64,000 nucleotides of DNA from Lytechinus pictus (taxonomy: Eukaryota). This document shows positions 36,482-51,124 of the stretch, in pieces. The translations under genes were made by a program, and so were the position numbers. Every line of letters begins with the position of its first letter. Within the stretch, counting starts at the first letter, position 1. The stretch covers positions 33,544,001 through 33,608,000 of the forward strand of contig NC_087245.1 of assembly GCF_037042905.1 (NCBI RefSeq). Direction: 5' to 3'. The notes under the pieces are model-generated. The model saw only the letters and a list, made by a program, of their open reading frames with translations. It was not told the DNA's origin and searched no databases.

Positions 36482-38949
36482 TGTTACAACCGATAATGTC
36501 GCAGCAACGCATAATGTCGCAGATTGCGACATTATGCCAAGAGCGTCCAACGCATAATGTCGCAGTCAACGCATACGTCGTAACTTTACTAACGCATAAC
36601 GTCACATGTCGCAGCAAATTGCTAACGCATAACGTCACATGTCGCAACGCATAATGTCACAGCGGTATTTTCTCCAGGACTCGAGTTACAGATAAGATAT
36701 AAAATATGCTTTCACTAAGCATGCTACGTATTTTGAGACACGAGAAAGAGAATTAAGTGATTTGTAAATCAGGATTACTCTTTGTATGGATATTTATCGG
36801 TTATTGCCATTTCGTCTACTGCCTTTTTTCACCACTATCTCATGGTCTAATATCATTTCGTATACCATTAGTTAGTCAACTATCAACATAGTCCAATAAC
36901 CATTTCGTCTAATTACCATCTCGTCTAATAGTCAGTTGGTCTAATTGCCATTTTGTTTATTATCATTTAGTATTTTTGTATTTTTTCAATTGGTCCAATA
37001 TCCACTTTGTCCAATATCATTACGTCGATTAACTTTTGGCCTAATAGCCATTTGGTCTAATAACCACTTGGTCTACTTTTATTTCGTCCATGGTCCATTT
37101 GGTCTAACTTCAGTTGGTTCACTAGCTATCACTTTGTCAACATCCATTTCGGCTAATTATCATTTGGTATCGTTGCCATGGATCCAATCACCAATAGGTC
37201 CAATCACCGGTATTTTCTTCAGGACTCGAGTTACGTAACTAAACAATTGACGGCATTTTATTTACTGTTTTCCGTTTCACAATGTTGTTTATAATAAGCA
37301 TATCATAAAAATAAAGAATATAACAAAACATAACATCTAATAAAACATAATAAGGCTTATAGATTTGATAAACACAGTTTAATAACATTGAGCTGCCTTA
37401 AATGACTTTTTTGGTATTTAGAGTAAAACGGAGGGGCTGCCGAAAAAAGCAAAGCTTGTATGTGAGGCCAGCCCCTAATCTTAGTTTCATTACCTAATTT
37501 CACACACAAAGTCATGTATAAATATAAGTTCGTACTAGTAAAAACAATAATAGTAATAATTATCGATGTACACTTTGCAAAAACAATCAGAACTGAAAAA
37601 ACATTAAAATATAAAGGGAGAGCGAAGCGCGAGCGAAAAATACTTCATATTCCAGTCCGAAAAAGGGGTAAATTTAAGCACCTTTTCAAGCACTATGTAT
37701 GAAAATTCTGAAGTGGATGTGGATGCGAACGCGAAGCGCGAGCGAAAATTTTAGGCGATATAGTACATGGGGATTTTTTTTTTACCTGATTGCTAAGAAA
37801 GCATGAATGCTTGTAAGCAAGCAACCAGAGGACAGACGGCTTAAGGTCCTATCCGAGGGACCTATCTGAGGGACCTGGTAGGCGCAATTTAAAGACTATT
37901 ATGCCTTACCAAGGGGCACTGACGCACCAATTGGGAATCCTCTTCTTTTCCCCTCCTCTCTTTCCCCTTCTTTTTCCTTTTCTTTCTTTCTTTCTTTCTT
38001 TCTTTCCCCTCCCTTTTTTTTGTGATGGGGGTGGGGGAGCCGGGCTCTTACCCTGGATCCGCCTATGCCCTATCGGCGGATGGTAGAGGGTTTTTTTTGC
38101 GCGCGAACTGATCTGAGCCACAAATCAGGAGTAGTACTACAACAAGTCGGCAATGATACATAGAGTCACCGTAGGGGTCTAGTGCCAGTAGACCATTATG
38201 GTTATAAGATGAATGAATATGCCTATTGGACGAAATGATGATTGGACGAGATGGATATTGGACCTATTGGGGATTGGACCCATGGCAATGATACCAAATG
38301 ATTGTTAGTCGAAATGAGTTTAGACAAAGTGATAGTGAACCAACTGAAAGTAGACCAAGTGGTTATTAGACCAATTGGCTATTAGACCAAAAGGTAATAG
38401 AAGTAATGATATTGGACAAAGTGGACATTGAAAAGCGGACCAATTGAAAAAATACAATTGAAAAAATACAATTTTTCAAAGACTATATGATAATAAACAA
38501 AAACGGCTATTAGACCAACTGGCTACACGAGATGTAATTAAAGACGAAATGGTTATTGGACTATGTGATAGTTGACTAACTAATGGTAGACGAAATGATA
38601 TTAGACCATGCAATAGTGGAAAAAAGGCAGTAGACGAAATGGCAATAACCGATAAATATCCATTCAAAGAGTAATCCTGATTTCCAAATCACTTAATTCT
38701 CTTTCTCGTGTCTCAAAATACTTAGCATGCTTAGTGAAAGCATATTTTATATCTTATCTGTAACTCGAGTCCTGAAGAAAATACTGCTGTGACATTGTGC
38801 GTAAGCAATTTGCTGCGACATGTGACGTTATGCGTTAGAAAAGTTACGACATTATGCGTTGACTGCGACATTATCCGTTGGACGCTCTTGGCATAATGTC
38901 GCAATCTGCAACATTATCCGTTGGTGTAACATTATGCGTTGCTGCAACA
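36482..38949. mobile_element. Foldback element with about 0.7-kb inverted arms, TGT...ACA ends (Ginger-like)
   Basis: 36490-37200 is the reverse complement of about 38260-38949; AACGCATAATGTCGCAG subrepeats followed by TTGGTCTAA-type subrepeats; no TSD identified. Confidence 0.65.
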
Positions 38950-39804
38950 TCCCCGACCTTTCGTGAACGCTTATTTACGACGGCAGTTGATTTTGGAAGA
39001 GACTTTTAGGCCCGTCGTCATGGTCGTAAAACTGTCCTGCAATGCAAATTGTGTGACATGATATTTTTTTCGTTTCGCATCTGGAACGGAAACATTTAAT
39101 CTGCGTTTCGTGTGCAAAATTCTGGTTGTTACTATGGTAACAGCGATATATCCGATTTTTGACGACTTTCCAGAGCCACATTTGGTTCCTCCCAGAGCTC
39201 GAGAGGCCGCCCGTGGGGCCAACTTTCATTGAAGAGTGGATACCAGGCGCGACCACGCGTAAAAAGGGAAAGAGTGGGCAAGCACGTTACGTATAAACCT
39301 ATGTAACATAAGGGTGTCAAAAACGATGTTCAAAATACTGAAAAGGGGGATATGTTTTCAATACTTGTAGGGTTTCACAAGCTTAATACTTGTTAAGAGA
39401 TGCGTTTTCATGATCTGGAAAAGACTTGCTTCCCTTGTTTAGGGTGCTTTTCGAAACCCCATGGTCGCGCCTGGTATCCACCTATCAATGGAAGTGGTCC
39501 CCCCGGGAATTTGAATCTAATCCCCCATTTCTGGGGAAAGTAAAACATAATGCCCATTACATTGTGTGCTAGAGGCATATCGTTTGTGTAGGAGTAAGCA
39601 AAATAAAAAACCCCGCAAATTTGGCTGGTGTTCAGACGCGTTTAATAGCATGTTTAGGCCTATTGCCTATGCTGTGTACATATCAACGCATGCGAAATGG
39701 TTTCGGCTGGAGACATGGGAGAGGTGATCTGACCCATGGAATCGATTGCCAGTGATCCACCAATAATCCACATTAAATGCAATATCGATTCGATGGACTG
39801 TGGA

Positions 39805-39995
39805 GGTGCCGTGGCCGAGTGGTCTAAGGCGCCTGGCTATACATGAAAAAGTCCGGGGTTCGATCCCCGTCCGCGGCAGCTATGCCCGTGAGAAAGGCAT
39901 TTAATCTACAATGCTCTTTTACCCTGCTTTCAAATAAATGGAAATGCTATATACAATAATGGTAACTAGGTGTGAACTTGTTTATTAAAAAAAAA
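39805..39995 (+). mobile_element. tRNA-derived SINE
   Basis: A box TGGCCGAGTGG and B box GGTTCGATCCC, followed by a non-tRNA body and an A-rich tail. Confidence 0.75.
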
Positions 39996-40555
39996 GTAAT
40001 GATCTATATCAAAGCTTTTTTCTCACTCAATATGTACTCGATCTGTTTGAAAAACCACTTTCTTATCCATGTCATAATCTATTGTAGGCCCTGCATTTCG
40101 AATAGCTCCAGCCAGCTGTCATAGTAGAGGCTCGCCGCCGGCTCAGGGGGCATATACGACATAGGCGGATCCAGGGGGCCCGGCCCCCCCCCCTATTGGC
40201 GGAGCAAAAAAAGAAAAAGGGGAAAGAAATAAAAAAAAAAAGACAAAGAAGGGAAGAGAAAAGAGAAAAAAAGAAGGGGGAAACAAAAGAGGAAGAAGAC
40301 TAGTGAATAGAATAAGATGAGGAGAAGATTTGGAAAATAATTAAGAAAATCTTTCATGTCATTAAATAAAATTTTCGCTCGCGCTCGCATTGCATTTGAG
40401 GTGATTTACATATCTTGATCAATATGGAGTTTAAATATCAATATATAATATACAAAACATATTTGATCTCGGAAATCGAAATTTCATTATTTTGTGTGAT
40501 TTACAAATTGACTTTTAAAAAGTGCTCTATAAAAATGTCAGTTTTATGGTCTGAA

Positions 40556-42090
40556 AGCCGGGAAGCCTTCGCGAAAGACGTTGCTGAGAGTGACATTATA
40601 CCTTCCTTGTTACAGAATGTCGACACTGCAGTGAGCAATTACAACTCGATTCTATCTTCTCTTCTTGACAGCCATGCTCCTGCTAGGACCCGTAAGATCA
40701 AGAATAGGGTTGACAGTCCATGGTACACTCCTGAGATCACTAATGCTAAACGAAAACGTAGGCAACTTGAGCGTAGATGGCGGTGTAACGGCAAACTTCA
40801 GTCTGATCGTCTGACGTACTCGGCACAACGCAATCTCGTGAAGCATCTAGTGGAAGAATCCAAGCGTGCGTACTACACCAAGTTAATCACGGACTGCGGT
40901 GATGACGCCAAGAAACTCTTTTCAACAGCTAATTTTCTCCTGAACCGGAAGCAGTGTTCTCCTCTTCCTTCACATGTCGACAGTGAAGAGATGGCACAAC
41001 GCTTTATCAACTTCTTCCACTCCAAGGTTCATTCTATATGTGACTCCCTTATTCCTGATGAGTCATTACATGATCCTCTTACAGCATCATCGTTTGAGAC
41101 GATTCAACCAACCACGCAAGATGAAGTTCACAAACTACTCCGTAGACTTCCTGCCAAGTCATGTCTACTCGACCCGATCAACACCATTCTTATTAAAGAT
41201 TGTTCTTCATCTTTGGCATATATTTTTTCTCAGATTGTAAACCTAAGTATTGATCATGCTCATGTTCCTTCTGTGCTGAAAACTGCCCACATCATTCCTG
41301 TACTTAAAAAGCCTAATCTTGATCCAGAAATTCTGTCTAACTATCGCCCTGTCTCCAACCTTCCATTTTTGTTTAAATTGCTTGAAAGAATAGTTTTTGC
41401 TAGATTAACAGACTACTGTCTTGAAAATAACCTACTCGACCCAGTTCAATCTGCCTACCGTCCCCACCACAGTGTAGAGACCCTCCTTCTTAATGTATCT
41501 AGTTCCATTCTCCATGAAATGGATGTGGGAAAGGTAACTGCCATGATACTCCTCGATCTGCCTTATGCCTTCGACACTGTTAACCATAATGTTTAGTTGA
41601 ATTCTCTTAAATCTCTCGGAGTAAAAGGTAGAGCCTTAGAGTGGTTCAGGTCATATTTGTCATGTCATTCACAAGCAGTCATGATCAATGGCTGTTCTTC
41701 TGAGTTTTTACCTCTGACCTGTGGTGTTTCGCAAGGCTCTGTGGGCGGGCCGGTCCTCTTCTCATTATACCTGATAGGACTGAAAAACGTTTTCCGGAAT
41801 TACTCTCTGCATTATCATATTTACGCAGACGATATCCAGATTTTTGTATCCTTCAAGCCCCATTCAGCCGCTGGCGCGATTTACAATCTTGAAAGATGTG
41901 TAAGAGATGTTTATACTTGGTTAAGTTCACATTCTTTGAAGTTAAACTTTGCTAAATGTGAATTCTTATTGTTCGGTTCGAAGAGTCAGTTGTCTAAAAT
42001 AACTGTTACATCTATTAACATTGCAGGTCATAATATTGCCGTATCTCAAGCTTGTCGTAATCTTGGCGTGTTCCTCGATTCAAGCATGAC
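40556..42090 (+). mobile_element. L2-clade LINE ORF2 (RT) fragment
   Basis: PWYTPEI, KSCLLDP, LKKPNLDP..LSNYRPVSNLPF, QSAYRPHHSVET, LLDLPYAFDTVNH, GVSQGSVGGP, YADDIQ; in-frame stop at 41594-41596; truncated at both ends. Confidence 0.92.
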
Positions 42091-42392
42091 TAGGTCAAAG
42101 GTCATTTTGAGGTCAATGATATGACACATATCTCTGCAACCGTAAGTCACTTATATACCATACTGGGGTTGTAGGTGTACTTAGGATACCTGCATCTTAT
42201 TGTGTTCGGTATGGTCATAGTTCATTTTGAGGTCAACATTAAAGTTTACGTTAAGACTTATGAAAAGTGTTATTTCATCCCAGTCATTTCACAATGAAGT
42301 TTCGATACAATTCTGTTGCGTGCCCTCGCAGGTCACGTTATTTCTGGTTATTTTCATAAGTGGGCGAGACACAAAATCGCTTATGCTTTGTT
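42090..42392 (+). repeat. Second fragment of the Helentron-like 157-bp-repeat family
   Basis: One degenerate unit plus a tail nearly identical to 8430-8590. Confidence 0.8.
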
Positions 42393-42916
42393 TTAATTTT
42401 TTTTCCGGTGAAATTTGCCAGGGGGCAGCTTGCCCCTTGCCCCCCGCCTGTTTAATACGCCACTGGTGCCTTTTTTGAACTTGTGGAATAGTATCTTGCA
42501 TTCATTATTTTTCAATATATAAATATGGCCTTCTTTTGGGACGACAAATACACGAACACTGCTGCCATAATATGTTTATATGTAACCGAAAATAATTTCA
42601 AATTTCACCCAGCACTTTTATAGTCTTTTCATTATATCCTGTCATAGGTTTTTTTTTGTATAGTTTTGGGGTGATGTATTCGTATGGCCCAACTTGTTGT
42701 TTACAAGCAGAGTTCGTCCGGCTCGAAACCAGATTTAAAATTAAAACAGTTCCTTCTTTCTATGTACAACATACACAGAATCACTTGTATAGGAACTCAC
42801 CGTGTTCAGTGATGTGCTTTTTGCCCAAATAAAAAAGTTTCTCTATAAATACCCCCTTATACGGGAATCATCCGTGATACGAAGTATCTGATCATTTGGG
42901 GGAATTCCAAGTCTAT

Positions 42917-43220
42917 GGCCCGTATTCTGAAGTCAGGTTTGATTTAAACTCTGGTTTAAAGTTGTGGTTTAAGTATGGGAAGCCATTTGTGGCATAATTA
43001 TAACAGTAGAGATTGAATATATCAGCTCATTATAGTCTCAAAATAATTCTTTATTGTCTGGGAAGGATGAATATTAAAGATAGTTGTCTTCACCATAAAA
43101 AATAGGAAACACAGTAAACAGAAGCATTCAATGAAAACATAATTTTGACATATTTGGCCTCCCATAATTTTAGCACAAAATTAAAAGTTTAAAGTTAAAC
43201 CTGACTTCAGAATACGGGCC
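42917..43220. mobile_element. Harbinger-type MITE
   Basis: TIR GGCCCGTATTCTGAAGTCAGGTTT; TAT on both sides. Confidence 0.85.
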
Positions 43221-46200
43221 TATACCTTTAATCCCACTATTCATATCTGTGTATGAGCGCATGACTAATGCAGGGCCCCGTAAAATGAAGCCTAGCAACA
43301 AATCGTTTGGCTGATTTCTACCATTGATCGCATTGGTTATTATGTATGATCAGTCGTAAAAAATAGCCCCACGATCAATCACCAAGCTTTATGTTACCAG
43401 ACCCATATGTGTTTTTCGCTGAGTAAATACATCCAGGTGTTCAGCCACGAACAGTGAACAATACAATATTCATTCAGAAACGATGACTATGAGTATGATA
43501 ATGGTTTCTACACAGTCATGCACGAATAACGGTGATAACACACAGCGTAGATTAGTGCATGATTATAATATAGATGCAGGGTCGTACAAACTGGGGTGGG
43601 GGTTGTCGGATTTGAGAAGGGAAATGCTACCCATGGTATCTTTATGGGTCAACCCTCTTCGTTATTGATTACCATTTTTGAAAACTTGTTCACGTACTCA
43701 GACAAAAATCACGCTGAGAATTTCAACACTATGCATTTTCAAAGTTTATTTTCCAAGTTACATGTATGATTTTTCACACGTTAATCATGATGATTACACG
43801 TTAACACTAATAAAGACGATTCTAATAAATTCGGAACAGATATGAATTTCCAAACATAACAAACTTTTCGTTTTTAGCTTTTTAATAATCAACATACAGT
43901 AGGCCTAGGCAAAACCAAATATTTCACACACAATGGGTGACTTCGTGAATGTAATTTATTTTCGCAGTTATTTTCTCTTACAAAATTATAAGATTTCGCC
44001 TATTTACCCCATAGTTACATGCACAACACAGTGATATATGCAAATTCGTGAGTTGATGATGTCATTCACTATTCCTATTTATTCTATTATTTGAATCAAA
44101 TAAAAAAATATTTGTTTCAGATTTGACAATAATGAGGTCCTTTATCAATTTATTGACAATATTGACAATTTCCTTACATTTAGGGAGAAATAAAATAACT
44201 TGGTTTTACATTATAATGGTAGAAAAACAGTCATAGAATAAAATGCAAAATAAATAGTGAGTGGATGACATCAAAGTGCAACTTTAGAATGGCATAACTT
44301 TGTCACAGGAAATACGATTCCGATGATTTCTTTTTTTCCCCTTTTAATGATAGTTTGGGGGTAGACTTGACCTTTAATATTCATGCCATGCGTTTGAAAG
44401 AGACGAAAACAAATCTCGTTTTGTAAAACATTCAGATTTGTGGACTTTACTGTGAATCTCTGGATAATAACAGTACAGGTTAAACTCTGTAAACAAAGAA
44501 ACCAACGCGGCATAAGTCTCAAGGTATTGTTCAAAATGGCGCGGCACTGCCTTTACACCTATTGTCGACAACGCAAGATATATATGATTGTTATTATTGT
44601 GAGTACAGTTCATTCCTATCCCACCTTTCAAACCGGATCAACAGTCATGCATTACTGAAGTTGGGCGGTTTGTGTGCTGTATTTCAATATTATGTATTGT
44701 GATTGAAAGTAAAATGCTATTAAAATGTAGTACCGTAGTGTGATACGTACCGAGGAATTGTGGCTAACCGGTCGACACGGTGGACTTGATCGTCCATTGA
44801 CTTGCAGCCTGGCTTGATTCAACATGGCGGGGCTGTAAAAACGGAACTATTTCCTGTACAATTGGACTTAATTCGAATGGCTTGTTTTCTTTATCTAAAA
44901 AGGGGTGGGTGCATGATTTTAGTTTTATACAGCTGATCTGGATTTATTTCATTTTTTTAACAATTCTTTATGAACCTGAATATTTTATCTTACCGCAAAT
45001 AAATAAATAGTAAGCCTGCAATTATTTAATCCTTAGCATTCTTTAAACTTAAATGTTTAAGCACCAATAATAGCTTCAGAAGGTAAGATTTGCATTTTTG
45101 AAATGTGACCTTCGAGGTAAATTCAAGGTAAGAAAAATTCAATATTAAGGTTATTGACATAATTAAGAGTTGAAATGATGACTAATTGACATTTTGTAGG
45201 TGTGGTCACTCGCAGTCCTTTAAAATACTTGTAGTGACGATATTTAACCATGAAGGTTCCATGATACACACTTCGGAGGTGACCCCCTTATGCACCTCAG
45301 TTATATTCACAGCTAGTTTCATCTTAGACCTGGTATAGCGGCCATAACGGGGGATGGCGGGGAGTTGGTGTGGCGGCTTCCAAGAAGCAACGAATTTTAG
45401 CACACTTTGTGTGAGCCAGGTGCGTTATGTCAGTGCATAACATTTTGGGTGTGACATCATTGAAACCCCGCCCCCTCACAGTTGAAAATTTTACCATAAA
45501 TCCTAACTGGTGCATAGGACTACTGCTGGGTATGATCCCCCTTTCACTTCATCCGCTCACCATGTATTTTGTAAGTAGTGTATGAAACATTCCCATTCGT
45601 GTCATTGCCTCATCACATGAGTATCTCTCCGCCATGTGAATAAGCTAGGTCCCTTAAAATAATGTTTAGGCTAAGCTCAGCGAATTCAAAAGGAATTCCA
45701 ATGTTCAGTGGTTCGAAACATCGATTTAATGATATTGAAAACTGTATGCTGCTCTTAACTACGACATGATCGACATTCGGCATTAAAACGAGATATTTGA
45801 CATAATAGCAATACACGCTTTGTCGGCATTAATCACTGCCACTCTGACGTCATTCATTTTCATCCCCCGGCCTGGAAATTCTCAAGCATTCGCATAGCAT
45901 GGGCTTAATTTACAGTACGTACATGTATCTAACTGTAATGTTCAAATTGAATGACAATCTTCCTTTCGCAAAATACTCGATGCTATTCATTTCACTCGGA
46001 CATGATCTATGTTTAGATACATGTAGATGCCGATTGTCAGGAATGTCTTTGAGCAGAGGAGTCTGATAAATCAGAATAGACGGTGACGTCATGATCCATG
46101 TACCAGCATCGTATAGGATTTCCATTGATGGTTTGTGATCACACCACGTACCCTGAGGATGACCTCACTTCAGGTTCATGGCCTACATTGTGAATGCGTT

Positions 46201-47520
46201 TTCTCGCTCTTGGTCTTGAAGCTCATGCCATTTGACAACATCTAATAGAAATGGGAAACAACAAAACTGTGAAACCGGCAAAGTAATGAACTCATATTTC
46301 GTTGTTGATGTTTGGAAGCCAATTTTGTATCCGCAGAGCAAATGTAAAAATTTCCACAGGAAGTAATGTATGCCCATGTTCTTTAGTAAAATGTATTCAA
46401 TCCGTAGTATGACTGAGGTAAAAAAACAATACAATTAGTTTTTATTATATTGAGTGTTTGTCTTCAAACGACAATTAGTCGAAATCGACATGAATTGTAT
46501 ATTGACCAACTGTAATGTCTTGATGAAACACAAATACACACTATTGTCATCTACAAATGCTTCCTATTTCTTGATTAACTTTTTAGAAATATTAAATACA
46601 TCATTTTCATATAAAAACAATAATGGCCCCACTGAACCTTTGGGCACTCAACATCTTACTATGTCCTTTTGAGACTGAATTTATCTAATAATACATATTG
46701 CTTATGATTATCTTACTGACTTTTAAATCATTCCATTACAATAAATATAAATAAAAAATTTCCATTCCAATAAACTATATGACGAAGAGAATAAACCTAA
46801 AAATAATCCAATCGTTATTTTTTTAATCTAAGGTTTATTGTAATTTATGTATAAATTAAGAAATGACAGAAGATGTGAAGTGTCCCGCATCCAAACCAAA
46901 TATTGTGGGAGAAATAATACTAAGTATTGCATTTATTAAATAATGTATATACACGCATATATGATTCCCCCTTAAATATGCCAGGCTTGAAACGAAGTCT
47001 GTTTCATCGGGTCGTGTTGAAGGCTGTTGGTGTTTTGAGGCAACATAAACTCAGTCACAACACTCAACTTGACGCGAAGCCGGTGTTAGCCAAATAATAA
47101 AGTTTGCAGGAACCTCATTGGTACATTTTGTTCAATTGACATTTCATTTCTTCTAGTAGGATAGGCACAATTCAAAGCAATATATTAGTTAAGCAGGTCT
47201 GACTTAGCAGGATACAGATATTGCATAAACCAGGTGACTAGAATAGCGCATCATTGAACACTTTATGAAGGTATTGATTGCATATCTACTTTCAGGGCAT
47301 AAGCATTCCCTTTTAAAATGTACTTTGAAAAGTGTTAAAAACAGTAGCTAGTGGATGCATTGTTGTTTACAGTGCATCTATTTCATGAAAAGCACTTCTG
47401 AAAAGAATGAATGAATAATCAAGACATCAAAGCTGGTGATTATCTCATTGAATATTAAACCAAAAGTTCAAATTACCTCCTTCTGGTCATGCGCAGAATG
47501 GGACTACGAACCGACCCATT

Positions 47521-48199
47521 TAGTCAGATGCATAGAAAGTAGCAATTGCTTTTGCTAGGCTTTTGCTTGGCTTTTGCTTGATGCCATAAGTATAAAAATT
47601 AGTGAGCAAATGCTTTTGCTCCTAAGTTCAAGCAATGGAGTCAGGTCAGTGGAATCCAATTGTCAATGGAAGTGCCCCCCGGCCCCTCGGGCTCTTGGAT
47701 GAACAAAATGTGGCTCTGGAAGCTCGTCCTAAATCGGATATATCGCTGTTACCGTAGTAGCAACCAGAATTGTTGCACATGAAACGCAGATTGAATGTTT
47801 CCGTTGCGGATGTCACACAACTTGCCTTGCAGGGCAGTGTTTTGCGACGCGCCCAAAAGTCTCTTTCAAAATCAATATACCGTCGTAAAGTCCGTCCGCG
47901 TTGCACAGCGAAAGTGGGGATTATAATTATAAAACATGAACGCCTCGATCAAGCAAACGCTCTAGCTGATCTGACGTAGCTTGAAAAAAACCCCAAGCAA
48001 ATGCTTAAACTCAAAGCAAAATGTTCGCTTTATGCATTCGCTTTTTAGCAATAGCTTAATCGTCAAGCAAGTGCTACCAGGCAGTTAGCAATTACTTGAG
48101 CTTACTAGCAAAAGCATTTATTTGCTAGTTCATTTTTATGCGTACGGAATCAAACAAAAGCCTAGCAAAAGCAATTGCTACTTTTTATGCATTTGACCC
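47521..48199. mobile_element. Palindromic MITE with a nested fragment (about 47645-47905)
   Basis: ATGCATA(G/A)AAAGTAGCAATTGCTTTTGCTAGGCTTTTG inverted at both ends; the nested piece is an inverted relative of about 38960-39240. Confidence 0.7.
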
Positions 48200-51124
48200 A
48201 TTGATAAACTGTCGGGTCACGCAGGACTGTTCCAACTGCTCCATGTACTTTGTTTTTGCCCGGTCTTTGAGTTACATTATTTTTGCTAAATTTGTCAAAT
48301 TGCATGCTGTTATCGTTAAATTGTGTTTGGTTTTTTCGCAATGCGAATGTGGGGAGCTCTCTGTATCGACAGTGATTAGTATGTCTCGATCTGAGGTCTA
48401 AATTAAACAAAATCAGCTTGCGCTTCGCGCTCCCATGAGATGCATATCTTCTCCACAGGTTTCCTTCAAGTTAGACAGTGCATACAATTTCCCTTTCGGG
48501 TCAGCATACAAAAAATCAAAAGATTTTAGCCCGCGCTTCTATACCGCCAGCGAATATTACGTCCCGGTTTAAGGTCTAAATTTCCTAGACTATATATAAA
48601 AATATAATTACTATTGTTGTTTTACTTTATATTCATTGTTGTTGGGGTTATCATTGTAATAATTATTTAAAATACTCTCTCTCAATTTGTAGTCACTTAT
48701 TCGTTTTACTTTGATATTTTGTAGAATACTTATTTTAAGCTCATTTTCCTTCCGTCTCCATTTTTGCATATACCGAAGTTTTATTAATCAGGTATTGGAA
48801 CTCAGTTATAGGGGCTTGCCTTTCTTATATGCTTTGCTTTTCTTGGTAAGTTCCATATACTTTTTACAGCCAAAATAATTGCAGCTCACTTAGTTCCTGT
48901 TTAATTTATCTTCAATATCTTTTTAATGTAATATTACTCAACTGCACTGTAAGAACGCTGTTTAAAATTTCAAGCGCGTTGGTCAAGCCCATCACTCTAA
49001 AAACTATTGTTTAAACTTTAAAAAAAAATTGTTTAAAAAGTTTAAACAATTACAAAAAGTTTAAACAACTTGTTGTTAGAGTGACAGACTTAAACAATCT
49101 GCTATTTTTTTTACTGTGTGTTTTTTCTAATTTGAATAAGAACTGTTACTTCGGCTATAATTTGTTTATTTTGTTTAACAGAAATGAATGAAATGATAAT
49201 CCAATCTAAAAATCTGCTCGCGCTTCGCTTGCGTCATATATTTAGTGAGATCCATATCCTCTCCATAATTTTCCTTCTTGTTGGGCAGTGCTTAAGGCAG
49301 TAAATCAAATATTTCAGATCGCGTTTTGCACTCGCATTATGTTTATTGACATACACAGCTTATAGAATTACAGACGCGGAATCTGAGTTTGTTAATTCTT
49401 TATATAAAAAACTATGCAAAAATGTATAGTTTTCAAGTCAAAATATTTAAAAAAATTCAGCTCGCGCTTCGCGCCTGCAATTTTGGATTGGTGAGATATT
49501 CTATTCATGGATCACTGCAAACAGTCTTAAACATGTCTTTTTGCAGGTCAGTACATTTTATTACATATATATTATACAAATTCTATTTATCCATATTTTC
49601 ATTTTTAGGTTGTAAAATGAAATAAAAAAAAATCAGCTCGTGCGTCACGCTTGTTACTGGGTGTTTTTTATTTATCCATACAAAGTGCTTAGAATGTACA
49701 GTGTTCTGATCGGAATTACAAATTTTCAGCTGCGCTATGCGCTCGCAATTTTGGAGAAAGGTGAGATATTATCCCGTTCATAGATCACTGCGAACAGTCT
49801 TTACCATGTCTTTTTGCAGGCCAGTATATTATATTTTTCAGCTCGCGCTTCGCGATTGCATGGATCATTTAGTTAGATACGCATCTAGTTCATGATTACA
49901 AAGCTGCTCAAAATGTTCACTTTTCAGGTTTAAATAGATGAAATATCCACGTATTTTGGCTAGCGCTTCGCGCTCGCATGGTAATATATATTTAGACCAC
50001 ATGAAATGCGTGTCTTGTTTCTAAGAATTAAACTTTTGTAAGGACTTACCCCTAAAAAAGGAGAAATCCGAATTTGGCGGCCGCGACGGGGAAAATGTGA
50101 ATGAAAATATTTTTTCGCTCCCCCTCTTGATGAAAGCTGAAACTGCCCCCTGTCGTATTCTACACCACCACAATCAGTTTAATCCCGAATTGAAAATATA
50201 CCATGGGAAAGAAAATTACACGATATTCTATTATTTCATTATTAATGAAAATTAAACAGTACTCACCTTCATCGCATCCATCATGAGCAACAGCGAATAT
50301 TTATGCCATTCATGTTTATTGCATTCGCGGCTCCGTTATGAACATGCCATTGTTACCTAACTTGCCTAAGATACCATTTTGAACATGTTGAATACTGGTT
50401 GCTACGACACTTCATAAGCAGATCCAGGGGGTCGAAGCATAAAGATTCGCACCAACGCTCGTGTATAATCATGCACAATCCTGTTCACATTAGGATATGA
50501 CCGGAAAATGTTTGTCTCTTGCCACCCCCCCCTGGCTACCTACCCCTGTTAGGCCCCTTTCCCCAATGGCGGCAAAAAAAAAGGGAAAATAAAAAAAAGG
50601 GAGGAGAGGAGAAAAAACCTCACAAATATAGAAGAAAGATGATGAAGTAAAGGGATGATAATTGGAAAACGAAAAACTTTCAGGTCATTATGTAAAAATA
50701 ACATTTCACTCGCACATTGCCTGATGTGAGAGATAATGATCTACTCAAAGGGATAATACGGGACTTGAATGTCCCGTTTTACGCTGAATATGCACAAGCT
50801 ATTCTGCTGACGATTCGAGTTTTCATTATTTTTTTTGAGGGAGATGTGCATCCTGCTCATCAATAAAAGCGTGCTGAACTTTTTCACCATGTCATCAAGT
50901 TATCCTATTCAAGGTTAATGTCAAGGATCACTGATCGTTTTGCACGGGTTTTAAACTCATATGTATAAGTTCAAACGTCCTTTAGGACCAATGAGCTTTG
51001 ACCATAACATTTATTGGGGTATCAATATTGAAACGTTAATCAAAGATTATTTTTTCACAAGTTTCAGGTCAAATGAGCAAGGTCAAAGGCCATGTAGGGT
51101 CAATGAACTTAGTATTTTATTGTG

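Noticed and set aside
39805..39880. Functional tRNA gene
   Set aside because: A and B boxes are present, but there is no convincing anticodon arm and it runs into a SINE-like body and A-rich tail.
40415..40555. N-terminus of the 393-aa ORF
   Set aside because: Derived from the adjacent hAT-like repeat (also seen inverted at about 32280-32430), not from the LINE.
44815..44850. Promoter suggested by AACATGGCGG (YY1-like) and CGGAA motifs
   Set aside because: Short motifs alone are insufficient, and no linked downstream gene is evident.
45206..46434. Cluster of short minus-strand ORFs as a decayed gene
   Set aside because: No recognisable domain or consistent frame by eye; a TBLASTX search would be needed.
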